Source: Balanoglossus misakiensis | Taxonomy: Eukaryota > Animalia > Hemichordata | Assembly: GCA_040954595.2 (NCBI GenBank) | Contig: CM082588.2 | Location: 11,731,398 to 11,795,397 of the forward strand | DNA: 64,000 nt | Direction of reading: 5' to 3' | Shown: piece by piece, positions 38,201 through 52,900 of the stretch | How positions within the stretch are numbered: the first letter of the stretch is position 1 | Layout: every line of letters begins with the position of its first letter | Position numbers and translations under genes: made by a program | The notes under the pieces: generated by a model | What the model was told of the DNA's origin: nothing | Database searches by the model: none | The model's input: only the letters and a program-made list of their open reading frames with translations

Positions 38201-39500
38201 CTCTTCGTATGTATATATCGATACAAATTCCACAAAAGACCGTCTAATTTGGCTCACTGCAGACAAAATTGCGTTTTACCAAATTTTCCTTGAAAATGTC
38301 ATTTTTAGAAAAAAAAAAAAAAAAAACCTTTGTTCTTCGAATTTGGTGCCCTGATCATATATGACATGTTGATTGTATGTTAAAACTCTCGACCACTCCA
38401 AAAATGCTGAGATATTGACGGAATTCAAGAAAAATAGCCATTTTGGCCATATTTTGACAAAAATGGTAAATTTTTGAAAAATCATAAAAAATTAACTCTT
38501 TTCTTCATTTTCGGAAATATTATGGAGCATGAAGTGTCGTTCTCTTGTAAAAAGTGCTGCAAATTCCAGAAAAGGCGGTATAATTTGAATCACCCAAGAC
38601 AAAATTGCAATTTTTCGACTTTTTTTCGAAAAATTGTCTTTTTTACAAAATAAATAAGAATAAATTCTTTTCTTAGTTTCAAACGGGTAGAGATACTTTC
38701 CACACGGGTTTTCTAACATTGAATTCTCGTTCATCAACTCAGATTTCCTACAGCATAAGTCGGCTAAAACCCTGACACTCTAGAGCAGAAACAGTTGCAC
38801 ACTGGTAACGTTGAACAAGTCGATTTTTCTACGGCCTGGCTCGGCTAAATCTCCGTCACAATATGACAGACACTAGCGCACGTTAGCAACGGTGATCAAG
38901 TCAGATTTTCTACGGCATGGCTGGGATAAAGCCCCGGCACTCTAGAGCAGAAACACGCGTACAGAGACCACGTTGATCAAGTCTGATCTCCTACGGCTTG
39001 GCTCGACTAAAACCCCGGCACACTATGACAGACACTAGCGTTCGTTAGCAACGTTGATCAAGTCAGATTTCCTACGGCATGGCTTGGCTAAAGCCCTGGC
39101 ACTCTAGAGCAGAAACACGCGTACAGAGACCACGTTGATCTACTCCCATTTCCTTCGGCCTGGCACAGCTGATGCCCCGGCACTATATATAGGACACAGA
39201 CTGGCGTAAGTTAACAACGGTAATCACGTCGGGTTTCCTACGGCCTGGCTCAGCTGAAGCCCCGGCACTCTAGAGCAGAAACAGGCGTACATTGACCACG
39301 TTGATCAAGTCAGATTTCCTACGGCGTGACTCGGCTGGTGCACCGGCTCTATATGACACAGACTGGCGTAAGTTATCAACGGTGATTACGTCGGATTTCC
39401 TACGGCCTGGTTTAGCTGAAGCCCCGGCACTTTAGAGCGGAAACACGCGTACATTGACCACGATGATCAAGTCAGATCTCCTACGGCCTGGCTCGACTAA
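35300..39500. repeat. Recent near-identical single-unit duplication (offset ~2052)
   Basis: Identical ORF translations 36224/38276 and 36440/38492. Shared private variants GACCCGTCAC, CCGAACAGGG and GAATTCTCGTT. Confidence 0.85.
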
Positions 39501-42500
39501 AACCCCGGCACACCATGACAGACACTAGCGTTCGTTAGCAACGGTGATCAAGTCGGATTTCCTTCGGCCTGGCTCTGCAAAAGACCCGACACTCTAGTAC
39601 AAATACGTTGGCTAAGTTGGGCAAACCGAAGAGGGAAAGTCGCAGCGGGTCAACACTCGACATTTGTTCCGGTAGGACTGCATTATTGCCTGTCGATTTA
39701 TAGAGAGAGCCCGAATTTAACCAGGGCGTTTCAAACACCGACGTTTGGTGGGAGCACGGCCTACAGTACTGCCGGGTAAGCTGACATCGGCGTACCGCAT
39801 ATAATGTAAGGGGGGGGGGGGGACAGAACGGTTCAATACTACATTTATTAGATATCAGCTAATTTTGGACAATCATCTAAAATCTAAATCATTTTTTCAT
39901 ATTTGGATATCTGATGATGTATGAAATTTCCATTATATGTAAAAATGGTGCTTATTATAAAACATGCACTCTGAATGAACTGATTTAATACAAGATTGCG
40001 TTTTATTCGTTTTTGCACCAAAAAGGTCATTTTTAGGCAAAACATTCTTTATATTTTTAATTCGGTGACCTGATCATATATAAACAATTGCTTGTGTGTT
40101 AAACGTTTTTATGGCTTTTAAAAGCAGTGACACTGGCGGCATTCATCACGAAAATAACAATTTTAGCCACAATTCGGTCAAAATGGTAAATTTTTGAAAA
40201 TTACAAAAAATACCTGTTTTCTACATTTTCGGAAATCTGATGGAGTATAGAAAACTCTTCGTATGTATATATTGATACAAATTCCACAAAAGACCGTCTA
40301 ATTTGGCTCACTGCAGACAAAATTGCGTTTTACCAAATTTTCCTTGAAAATGTCATTTTTAGAAAAAAAAATAAAAAACCTTTGTTCTTCGAATTTAGTG
40401 CCTGATCATATATGACATGTTGATTGTATGTTAAAACTTTCGACCACTCCAAAAATGCTGAGATATTGACGGAATTCAAGAAAAAATAGCCATTTTGGCC
40501 ATATTTTGACAAAAATGGTAAATTTTTAAAAAATCATAAAAAATTAACTCTTTTCTTCATTTTCGGAAATATTATAGAGCATGAAGTGTCGTTCTCTTGT
40601 AAAAAGTGCTGCAAATTCCAGAAAAGGCGGTATAATTTGAATCACCCAAGACAAAATTACCATTTTCGACTTTTTTTCGAAATATTGTTTTTTTACAAAA
40701 TAAATAAGAATACATTCTTTTCTTAGTTCCAAACGGGTAGAGATACTTTCCACACGGATTTCTAACATTGAATTCCCGTTCATCAACCCAGATTTCCTAC
40801 AAGTCGGCTAAAACCCTGACACTCTAGAACAGAAACAGTTGCACACTGGTAACGTTGAACAAGTCGATTTTTCTACGGCCTGGCTCGGCTAAATCTCCGT
40901 CACAATATGACATACACTAGCGTAGGTTGGCAACGGTGATCAAGTCAGATTTTCTACGGCATGGCTTGGATAAAGCCCCGGCACTCCAGAGCAGAAACAC
41001 GCGTACAGAGACCACGTTGATCAAGTCTGATCTCCTACGGCTTGGTTCGACTAAAAGCCCGGCACACTATGACAGACACTAGCGTTCGTTAGCAACGGTG
41101 ATCAAGTCAGATTTTCTACGGCATGGCTTGGCTAAAGCCCTGGCACTCTAGAGCAGAAACACGCGTACAGAGACCACGTTGATCTACTCACATTTCCTTC
41201 GGCCTGGCACGGCTGATGCCCCGGCACTATATATAGGACACAAACTGGCGTAAGTTAACAACGGTAATCACGTCGGGTTTCCTACGGCCTGGCTCAGCTG
41301 AAGCCCCGGCTCTCTAGAGCAGAAACAGGCGTACATTGACCACGTTGATCAAGTAAGATTTCCTACGGCGTGACTCAGCTGGTACACCGGCTCTATATGA
41401 CACAGACTGGCGTATGTTATCAACGGTGATTACGTCGGATTTCCTACGGCCTGGTTTAGCTGAAGCCCCGGCACTTTAGAGCGGAAACACGCGTACATTG
41501 ACCACGATGATCAAGTCAGATCTCCTACGGCCTGGCTCGACTAAAACCCCGGCACACCATGACAGACACTAGCGTTCGTTAGCAACGGTGATCAAGTCGG
41601 ATTTCCTTCGGCCTGGCTCTGCAAAAGACCCGACACTCTAGTACAAAGACGTTGGCTAAGTCGGGCAAACCGAAGAGGGAAAGTCACAGCGGGTCAACAC
41701 TCGACATTTGTTCCGGTAGGACTACATTATTGCCTGTCAATTTATAGAGAAAGCCCGAATTTAACCAGGGCGTTTCAAACACCGACGTTAGTTGTGGGCA
41801 CGGCCTGCAGTACTGACGGGTAAGCTGACATCGGCGTACCGCATGTAATGTAGGGGGGGGGGGGGGGACAGAACGGTTCAATACTACATTTATTAGATAT
41901 CAGCTACTTTTGGACAATCATCTAAAATCTAAATCATTTTTTCATATTTGGATATCTGATGATGTATGAAATTTCCATTATATGTAAAAATGGTGCTGAT
42001 TATAAAAAATGCACTCTGAATGAGCTGATTTAATACAAAATTGCGTTTTATTCGTTTTTGCACCAAAAAGGTCATTTTTAGGGAAAACATTCTTTATTCT
42101 TTAAATTCGGTGACCTGATCATATATAAACAATTGCTTGTATGTTAAAAGTTTTAATGACTTTTAAAAGCAGTGACACTGGCGGCATTCAACACGAAAAT
42201 AACAATTTTAGCCACAATTCGGTCAAAATGGTAAATTTTTGAAAATTACAAAAAATACCTGTTTTCTACATTTTCGGAAATCTGATGGAGTATAGAATGC
42301 TCTTCGTATACATATATCGATACAAATTCCACACAAAAAAACGGCCAATTTGGCTCACTGCAGACAAAATTGCGTTTTACCAAATTTTCCTTGAAAATGT
42401 CATTTTTAGAAAAAAAAATAAAAAAAACCTTTGTTCTTCGAATTTGGTGCCCTGATCATATATGACATGTTGATTGTATGTTAAAACTTTCGACCACTCC

Positions 42501-43849
42501 AAAAATGCAGAGATATTGACGGAATCCAAGAAAAAATAGCCATTTTGGCCATATTTTAACAAAAATGGTAAATTTTTAAAAAATCATAAAAAATTAACTC
42601 TTTTCTTCAATTTCGGAAATATTATGGAGCATGAAGTGTCGTTCTCTTGTAAAAAGTGCTGCAAATTCCAGAAAAGGCGGTATAATTTGAATCACCCATG
42701 ACAAAATTACCATTTTCGACTTTTTTTCGAAAAATTGTGATTTTTACAAAATAAATAAGAATAAATTCTTTTCTTAGTTTCAAAAGGGTAGAGACACTTT
42801 CCACACAGGTTTTTTAACATTGAAAACATTGAATTCCCATTCATCAACTCAGATTTCCTACAGCATAAGTCGGCTAAAACCCTGACACTCTAGAGCAGAA
42901 ACAGTTGCACACTGGTAACGTTGAACAAGTCGATTTTTCTACGGCCTGGCTCGGCTAAATCTCCGTCACAATATGACAGACACTAGCGTTCGTTAGCAAC
43001 GTTGATCAAGTCAGATTTCCTACTGCATGGCTTGGCTAAAGCCCTGGCACTCTAGAGCAGAAACACGCGTACAGAAACCACGTTGATCTACTCACATTTC
43101 CTTCGGCCTGGCACGGCTGATGCCCCGGCAGTATATATAGGACACAGACTGGCGTAAGTTAACAACGGTAATCACGTCGGGTTTCCTACGGCCTGGCTCA
43201 GCTGAAGCCCCGGCACTCTAGAGCAGAAACAGGCGTACATTGACCACGTTGATCAAATCAGATTCCTACGGCGTGACTCCGCTGGTGCACCGGCTCTATA
43301 TGACACAGACTGGCGTAAGTTATCAACGGTGATTACGTCGGATTTCCTACGGCCTGGTTTAGCTCAAGCCCCGGCACTTTAGAGCGGAAACACGCGTACA
43401 TTGACCACGATGATCAAGTCAGATCTCCTACGGCCTGGCTCGACTAAAACCCCGGCACACCATGACAGACACTGGCGTTCGTTAGCAACGGTGATCAAGT
43501 CGGATTTCCTTCGGCCTGGCTCTGCAAAAGACCCGACACTCTAGTACAAAGACGTCGGCTAAGTCGGGCAAACCGAAGAGGGAAAGTCACAGCGTGTCAA
43601 CACTTGACATTTGTTCGGGTAGGACTGCATTATTGCCTGTCAATTTATAGAGAAAGCCCGAATTTAACCAGGGCGTTTCAAACACCGACGTTAGTTGGGG
43701 GCACGGCCTGCAGTACTGCCGGGTAAGCTGACATCGGCGTACCGCATATAATGTAGGGGAGGGGGGGGGGATACAGAACGGTTCAATACTACATTTATTA
43801 GATATCAGCTAATTTTGGACAATCATCTAAAATCTAAATCATTTTTTCA

Positions 43850-46800
43850 TATTTGGATATCTGGTGATGTATGAAATTTCCATTATATGTAAAAATGGTG
43901 CTGATTATAAAAAAATGCACTCTGAATGAGCTTATTTAATACAAAATTGCGTTTTATTCGTTTTTGCACCAAAAAGGTCATTTTTAGGCCAAACATTCTT
44001 TATTTTTTTTAATTCGGTGACCTGATCATATATAAACAATTGCTTGTATGTTAAAAGTTTTTATGACTTTTAAAAGCAGTGACACTGGCGGCATTCAACA
44101 CGAAAATAACAATTTTAGCCATAATTTGATCAAAATGGTAATTTTTTGAAAATTACAAAAAATACCTGTTTTCTACATTTTCGGAAATCTGATGGAGTAT
44201 AGAATGCTCTTCGTATGTATATATCGATACAAATTCCACAAAAGACAATCTAATTTGGCTCACTGCAGACAAAATTGCGTTTTACCAAATGTTCCTTGAA
44301 AATGTCATTTTTAGAAAAAAAACTAAAAAAAAACTTTGTTCTTCGAATTTGGTGCCCTGATCATATATGACATGTTGATTGTATGTTAAAACTTTCGACC
44401 ACTCCAAAAATGCAGAGATATTGACGGAATTCAAGAAAAAATAGCCATTTTGGCCATATTTTGACAAAAATGGTAATTTTTTAAAAAATCATAAAAAATT
44501 AACTCTTTTCTTCATTTTCGGAAATATTATGGAGCATGAAGTGTCGTTCTCTTGTAAAAAGTGCTGCAAATTCCAGAAAAGGCGGTATAATTTGAATCAC
44601 CCAAGACAAAATTACCATTTTCGACTTTTTTTCGAAAAATTGTCTTGTTTTACAAAATAAATAAGAATAAATTCTTTTCTTAGTTTCAAACGGGTAGAGA
44701 TACTTTACACACGGGTTTTCTAACATTGAATTCCCGTTCATCAACTCAGATTTCCTACAGCACAAGTCGGCTAAAACCCTGACACTCTAGAGCAGAAACA
44801 GTTGCACACTGGTAACGTTGAACAAGTCGATTTTTCTACGGCCTGGCTCGGCTAAATCTCCGTCACAATATGACAGACACTAGCGTAAGTTAGCAACGGT
44901 GATCAAGTCAGATTTTCTACGGCATAGCTCGGATAAAGCCCCGGCACTCTAGAGCAGAAACACGCGTACAGAGACCACGTTGATCAAGTCTGATCTCCTA
45001 CGGCTTGGCTCGACTAAAACCCCGGCACACTATGACAGACACTAGCGTTCGTTAGCAACGTTGATCAAGTCAGATTTCCTACGGCATGGCTTGGCTAAAG
45101 CCCTGGCACTCTAGAGCAGAAACACGCGTACAGAGACCACGTTGATCTACTCACATTTCCTTCGGCCTGGCACGGCTGATGCCCAGGCACTATATATATA
45201 GGACACAGACTGGCGTAAGTTAACAACGGTAATCACGTCGGGTTTCCTACGGCCTGGCTCAGATGAAGCCCCGGCACTCTAGAGCAGAAACAGGCATACA
45301 GTGACCACGTTGATCAAGTCAGATTTCCTACGGCGTGACTCGGCTGGTGCACCGGCTCTATATGACACAGACTGGCGTAAGTTATCAACGGTGATTACGT
45401 CGGATTTCCTACGGCCTGGTTTAGCTGAAGCCCCGGCACTTTAGAGCGGAAACACGCGTACATTGACCACGATGATCAAGTCAGATCTCCTACGGCCTGG
45501 CTCGACTAAACCCCGGCACACCATGACAGACACTAGCGTTCGTTAGCAACGGTGATCAAGTCGGATTTCCTTCGGCCTGGCTCTGCAAAAGACCCGACAC
45601 ATTAGTACAAAGACGTTGGCTAAGTCGGGCAAACCGAAGAGGGAAAGTCACAGCGGGTCAACACTCGACATTTGGTCGGGTAGGACTGCATTATTGCCTG
45701 TCAATTTATAGAGAAAGCCCGAATTTAACCAGGGCGTTTCAAACACCGACGTTAGTTGGGGGCACGGCCTGCAGTACTGCCGGGTAAGCTGACATCGGCG
45801 TACCGCATATAATGTAGGGGGGGGGGGGGGAACAGAACGGTTCAATACTACATTTATTAAATATCAGCTAATTTTGGACAATCATCTAAAATCTAAATCA
45901 TTTTTTCATATTTGGATATCTGGTGATGTATGAAATTTCCATTATATGTAAAAATGGTGCTGATTATAAAAAAATGCACTCTGAATGAGCTTATTTAATA
46001 CAAAATTGCGTTTTATTCGTTTTTGCACCAAAAAGGTCATTTTTAGGCCAAACATTCTTTATTTTTTTTAATTCGGTGACCTGATCATATATAAACAATT
46101 GCTTGTATGTTAAAAGTTTTTATGACTTTTAAAAGCAGTGACACTGGCGGCATTCAACACGAAAATAACAATTTTAGCCATAATTTGATCAAAATGGTAA
46201 ATTTTTGAAAATTACAAAAAATACCTGTTTTCTACATTTTCGGAAATCTGATGGAGTATAGAATGCTCTTCGTATGTATATATCGATACAAATTCCACAA
46301 AAGACAATCTAATTTGGCTCACTGCAGACAAAATTGCGTTTTACCAAATGTTCCTTGAAAATGTCATTTTTAGAAAAAAAACTAAAAAAAACTTTGTTCT
46401 TCGAATTTGGTGCCCTGATCATATATGACATGTTGATTGTATGTTAAAACTTTCGACCACTCCAAAAATGCAGAGATATTGACGGAATTCAAGAAAAAAT
46501 AGCCATTTTGGCCATATTTTGACAAAAATGGTAATTTCTTAAAAAATCATAAAAAATTAACTCTTTTCTTCATTTTCGGAAATATTATGGAGCATGAAGT
46601 GTCGTTCTCTTGTAAAAAGTGCTGCAAATTCCAGAAAAGGCGGTATAATTTGAATCACCCAAGACAAAATTACCATTTTCGACTTTTTTTCGAAAAATTG
46701 TCTTGTTTTACAAAATAAATAAGAATAAATTCTTTTCTTAGTTTCAAACGGGTAGAGATACTTTACACACGGGTTTTCTAACATTGAATTCCCGTTCATC

Positions 46801-47850
46801 AACTCAGATTTCCTACAGCACAAGTCGGCTAAAACCCTGACACTCTAGAGCAGAAACAGTTGCACACTGGTAACGTTGAACAAGTCGATTTTTCTACGGC
46901 CTGGCTCGGCTAAATCTCCGTCACAATATGACAGACACTAGCGTAAGTTAGCAACGGTGATCAAGTCAGATTTTCTACGGCATAGCTCGGATAAAGCCCC
47001 GGCACTCTAGAGCAGAAACACGCGTACAGAGACCACGTTGATCAAGTCTGATCTCCTACGGCTTGGCTCGACTAAAACCCCGGCACACTATGACAGACAC
47101 TAGCGTTCGTTAGCAACGTTGATCAAGTCAGATTTCCTACGGCATGGCTTGGCTAAAGCCCTGGCACTCTAGAGCAGAAACACGCGTACAGAGACCACGT
47201 TGATCTACTCACATTTCCTTCGGCCTGGCACGGCTGATGCCCAGGCACTATATATATAGGACACAGACTGGCGTAAGTTAACAACGGTAATCACGTCGGG
47301 TTTCCTACGGCCTGGCTCAGATGAAGCCCCGGCACTCTAGAGCAGAAACAGGCGTACAGTGACCACGTTGATCAAGTCAGATTTCCTACGGCGTGACTCG
47401 GCTGGTGCACCGGCTCTATATAACACAGACTGGCGTAAGTTATCAACGGTGATTACGTCGGATTTCCTACGGCCTGGTTTAGCTGAAGCCCCGGCACTTT
47501 AGAGCGGAAACACGCGTACATTGACCACGATGATCAAGTCAGATCTCCTACGGCCTGGCTCGACTAAACCCCGGCACACCATGACAGACACTAGCGTTCG
47601 TTAGCAACGGTGATCAAGTCGGATTTCCTTCGGCCTGGCTCTGCAAAAGACCCGACACATTAGTACAAAGACGTTGGCTAAGTCGGGCAAACCGAAGAGG
47701 GAAAGTCACAGCGGGTCAACACTCGACATTTGGTCGGGTAGGACTGCATTATTGCCTGTCAATTTATAGAGAAAGCCCGAATTTAACCAGGGCGTTTCAA
47801 ACACCGACGTTAGTTGGGGGCACGGCCTGCAGTACTGCCGGGTAAGCTGA
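43850..47850. repeat. Recent near-identical single-unit duplication (offset ~2058)
   Basis: Identical ORF translation 44499/46557. Shared private variants AAAGACAATC, CAAATGTTCC and GCCCAGGCACTATATATATAGG. Confidence 0.85.
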
Positions 47851-49906
47851 CATCGGCGTACCTCATTTAATGTAGGGGGGGGGAACAGAACGGTTCAATA
47901 CTACATTTATTAAACATCAGCTAATTTTGGACAATCATCTAAAATCTAAATCATTTTTTCATATTTGGATATCTGATGATGTATGACATTTCCATTATAT
48001 GTAAAAATGGTGCTGATTATAAAAAATGCACTCTGAATGAGCTGATTTAATACAAAATTGCGTTCTATTCGTTTTTGCGCCAAAAAGGTCATTTTTAGGC
48101 AAAACATTCTTTATTTTTTTAATTCGGTGACCTGATCATATTTAAACAATTGCTTGTATGTTGAAAGTTTTTATGACTTTTAAAAGCAGTGACACTGGCG
48201 GCATTCAACACGAAAATAACAATTTTAGCCACAATTTGGTCAAAATGGTAAATTTTTGAAAATTACAAAAAATACATGTTTTCTACATTTTCGGAAATCT
48301 GATGGAGTATAGAATGCTCTTCGTATGTATATATCGATACAAATTCCACAAAAGACCGTCTAATTTGGCTCACTGCAGACAAAATTGCGTTTTACCAAAT
48401 TTTCCTTGAAAATGTCATTTTTAGAAAAAAAAAAAAAAAAAACCTTTGTTCTTCGAATTTGGTGCCCTGATCATATATGACATGTTGATTGTATGTTAAA
48501 ACTCTCGACCACTCCAAAAATGCTGAGATATTGACGGAATTCAAGAATTCAATGTTGACAAAAATGGTAAATTTTAAAAAAATCTTAAAAAATTAACTCT
48601 TTTCTTCATTTTCGGAAATATTATGGAGCATGAAGTGTCGTTCTCTTGTAAAAAGTGCTGCAAATTCCAGAAAAGGTGGTATAATTTGAATCACCCAAGA
48701 CAAAATTACCATTTTCGACATTTTCCGAAAAATTGTCTTTTTTACAAAATAAATAAGAATAAATTCTTTTCTTAGTTTCAAACGGGTAGAGATACTTTCC
48801 ACACGGGTTTTCTAACATTGAATTCCCGTTCATCAACTCAGATTTCCTACAGCATAAGTCGGCTAAAACCCTGACACTCTAGAGCAGAAACAGTTGCACA
48901 CTGGTAACGTTGAACAAGTCGATTTTTCTACGGCCTGGCTCGGCTAAATCTCCGTCAAAATATGACAGACACTAGCGTACGTTAGCAACGGTGATCAAGT
49001 CAGATTTTCTACGGCATGGCTTGGATAAAGCCCCGGCACTCTAGAGCAGAAACACGCGTACAGAGACCACGTTGATCAAGTCTGAACTCCTACGGCTTGG
49101 CTCGACTAAAACCCCGGCACACTATGACAGACACTAGCGTTCGTTAGCAACGTTGATCAAGTCAGATTTCCTACGGCATGGCTTGGCTAAAGCCCTGGCA
49201 CTCTAGAGCAGAAACACGCGTACAGAGACCACGTTGATCTACTCACATTTCCTTCGGCCTGGCACGGCTGATGCCCCGGCACTATATATAGGACACAGAC
49301 TGGCGTAAGTTAACAACGGTAATCACGTCGGGTTTCCTACGGCCTGGCTCAGCTGAAGCCCCGGCACTCTAAAGCAGAAACATGCGTACATTGACCACGT
49401 TGATCAAGTCAGATGTCCTACGGCGTGACTCGGCTGGTGCACCGGCTCTATATGACACAGACTGGCGTAAGTTATCAACGGTGATTACGTCGGATTTCCT
49501 ACGGCCTGGTTTAGCTGAAGCCCCGGCACTTTAGAGCGGAAACACGCGTACATTGACCACGATGATCAAGTCAGATCTCCTACGGCCTGGCTCGACTAAA
49601 CCCCGGCACACCATGACAGACACTAGCGTTCGTTAGCAACGGTGATCAAGTCGGATTTCCTTCGGCCTGGCTCTGCAAATGACCCGACACTCTAGTACAA
49701 AGACGTTGGCTAAGTCGGGCAAAACGAAGAGGGAAAGTCACAGCGGGTCAACACTCGACATTTGTTCGGGTAGGACTGCATTATTGCCTGTCAATTTATA
49801 GAGAGAGCCCGAATTTAACCAGGGCGTTTCAAACACCGACGTTAGTTGGGGGCACGGCCTGCAGTACTGCCGGGTAAGCTGACATCGGCGTACCGCATAT
49901 AATGTA

Positions 49907-52900
49907 GGGGGGGGGGGACAGAACGGTTCAATACTACATTTATTAGATATCAGCTAATTTTGGACAATCATCTAAAATCTAAATCATTTTTTCATATTTG
50001 GATATCTGATGATGTATGAAATTTCCATTTTATGTAAAAATGGTGCTGATTATAAAAAATGCACTCTGAATGAGCTGATTTAATACAAAATTGCGTTTTA
50101 TTCGTTTTTGCACCAAAAAGGTCATTTTTAGGCAAAACATTCTTTATTTTTTTAATTCGGTGACCTGATCATATATAAACAATTGCTTGTATGTTAAAAG
50201 TTTTTATGACTTTTAAAAGCAGTGACACTGGCGGCATTCAACACGAAAATAACAATTTTAGCCACAATTTGGTCTAAATGGTAAATTTTTGAAAATTACA
50301 AAAATACCTGTTTTCTACATTTTTGGAAATCTGATGGAGTATAGAATGCTCTTCGTATATATATATCGATACAAATTCCACAAAAAAACGGCCAATTTGG
50401 CTCACTGCAGACAAAATTGCGTTTTACCAAATTTTCCTTGAAAATGTCATTTTTAGAAAAAAAAATAAAAAAACCTTTGTTTTTCGAATTTGGTGCCCTG
50501 ATCATATATGACATGTTGATTATATGTTAAAACTTTCGACCACTCCAAAAATGCAGAGATATTGACGGAATTCAAGAAAAATAGCCATTTTGGCCATATT
50601 TTGACAAAAATGGTAAATTTTTAAAAAATCATAAAAAATTAACTCTTTTCTTCATTTTCGGAAATATTATGGATAATGAAGTGTCGTTCTCTTTTGAAAA
50701 GTGCTGCAAATTCCAGAAAACGCGGTATAAATTGAATCACCCAAGACAAAATTACCATTTTCGACTTTTTTTCGAAAAATTGTCTTTTTTACAAAATAAA
50801 TAAGAATAAATTCTTTTCTTAGTTTGAAACGGGTAGAGATACTTTCCACACGGGTTTTCTAACATTGAATTCCCGTTCATCAACTCAGATTTCCTACAGC
50901 ATAAGTCGGCTAAAACCCTGACACTCTAGAGCAGAAACAGTTGCACACTGGTAACGTTGAACAAGTCGATTTTTCTATGGCCTGGCTCGGCTAAATCTCC
51001 GTCACAATATGACAGACACTAGCGTACGTTAGCAACGGTGATCAAGTCAGATTTTCTACGGCATGGCTTGGATAAAGCCCCGGCACTCTAGAGCAGAAAC
51101 ACGCGTACAGAGACCACGTTGATCAAGTCTGATCTCCTACGGCTTGGCTCGACTAAAACCCCGGCACACTATGACAGACACTAGCGTTCGTTAGCAACGT
51201 TGATCAAGTCAGATTTCCTACGGCATGGCTTGGCTAAAGTCCTGGCACTCTAGAGCAGAAACACGCGTACAGAGACCACGTTGATCTACTCACATTTCCT
51301 TCGGCCTGGCACGGCTGATACCCCGGCACTATATATAGGACACAGACTGGCGTAAGTTAACAACGGTAATCACGTCGGGTTTCCTACGGCCTGGCTCAGC
51401 TGAAGCCCCGGCACTCTAGAGCAGAAACAGGCGTACATTGACCACGTTGATCAAGTCAGATTTCCTACGGCGTGACTCGGCTGGTGCACCGGCTCTATAT
51501 GACACAGACTGGCGTAAGTTATCAACAGTGATTACGTCGGATTTCCTACGGCCTGGTTTAGCTGAAGCCCCGGCACTTTAGAGCGGAAACACGCGTACAT
51601 TGACCACGATGATCAAGTCAGATCTCCTACGGCCTGGCTCGACTAAAACCCCGGCACACCATGACAGACACTAGCGTTCGTTAGCAACGGTGATCTAGTC
51701 GGATTTCCTTCGGCCTGGCTCTGCAAAAGACCCGACACTCTAGTACAAAGACGTTTGCTAAGTCGGGCAAACCGAAGAGGGAAAATCACAGCGGTTCAAC
51801 ACTTGACATTTGTTCGGGTAGGACTACATTATTGCCTGTCAATTTATAGAGAAAGCCCGAAATTAACCAGGGCGTTTCAAACACCGACGTTAGTTGGGGG
51901 CACGGCCTGCAGTACTGCCGGGTAAGCTGACATCGGCGTACCGCATATAATGTAGGGGGGGGGGGAACAGAATGGTTCTATACTACATTTATTAGATATC
52001 AACTAATTTTGGACAATCATCTAAAATCTAAATCATTTTTTCATATTTGGATATCTGATGATGTATGAAATTTCCATTATATGTAAAAATGGTGCTGATT
52101 ATAAAAAATGCATTCTGATTCAATACAAAATTGCGTTTTATTCGTTTTTGCACCAAAAAGGTCATTTTTAGGCAAAACATTCTTTATTTTTTTAATTCGG
52201 TGACCTGATCATATATAAACAATTGCTTGTATGTTAAAAGTTTTTATGACTTTTAAAAGCAGTGACACTGGCGGCATTCAACACGGAAATAACAATTGTA
52301 GCCACAATTTGGTCAAAATGGTAAATTTTTGAAAATTACAAAAAATACCTGTTTTCTACATTTTCGGAAATCTGATGGAGTATAGAATGCTCTTCGCATG
52401 TATATATCGATACAAATTCCACAAAAGACCGTCTAATTTGGCTCACTGCAGACAAAATTGCGTTTTACCAAATTTTCCTTGAAAATGTCATTTTTAGAAA
52501 AAAAAATTAAAAAACCTTTGTTCTTCGAATTTGGTGCCCTGATCATATATGACATGTTGATTGTATGTTAAGACTTTCGACCACTCCAAAAATGCAGAGA
52601 TATTGACGGAATTCAAGAAAAAATAGCCATTTTGGCCATATTTTGACAAAAATGGTAAATTTTTAAAAAATCATAAAAAATTAACTCTTTTCTTATTTTT
52701 TCGGAAATATTATGGAGCATGAAGTGTCGTTCTCTTGTAAAAAGTGCTGCAAATTCCAGAAAAGGCGGTATAATTTAAATCACCCAAGAGAAAATTACCA
52801 TTTTCGACTTGTTTTCGAAAAATTGTCTTTTTTACAAAATAAATAAGAATAAATTCTTTTCTTAGTTTCAAACGGGTAGAGATACTTTCCACACGGGTTT

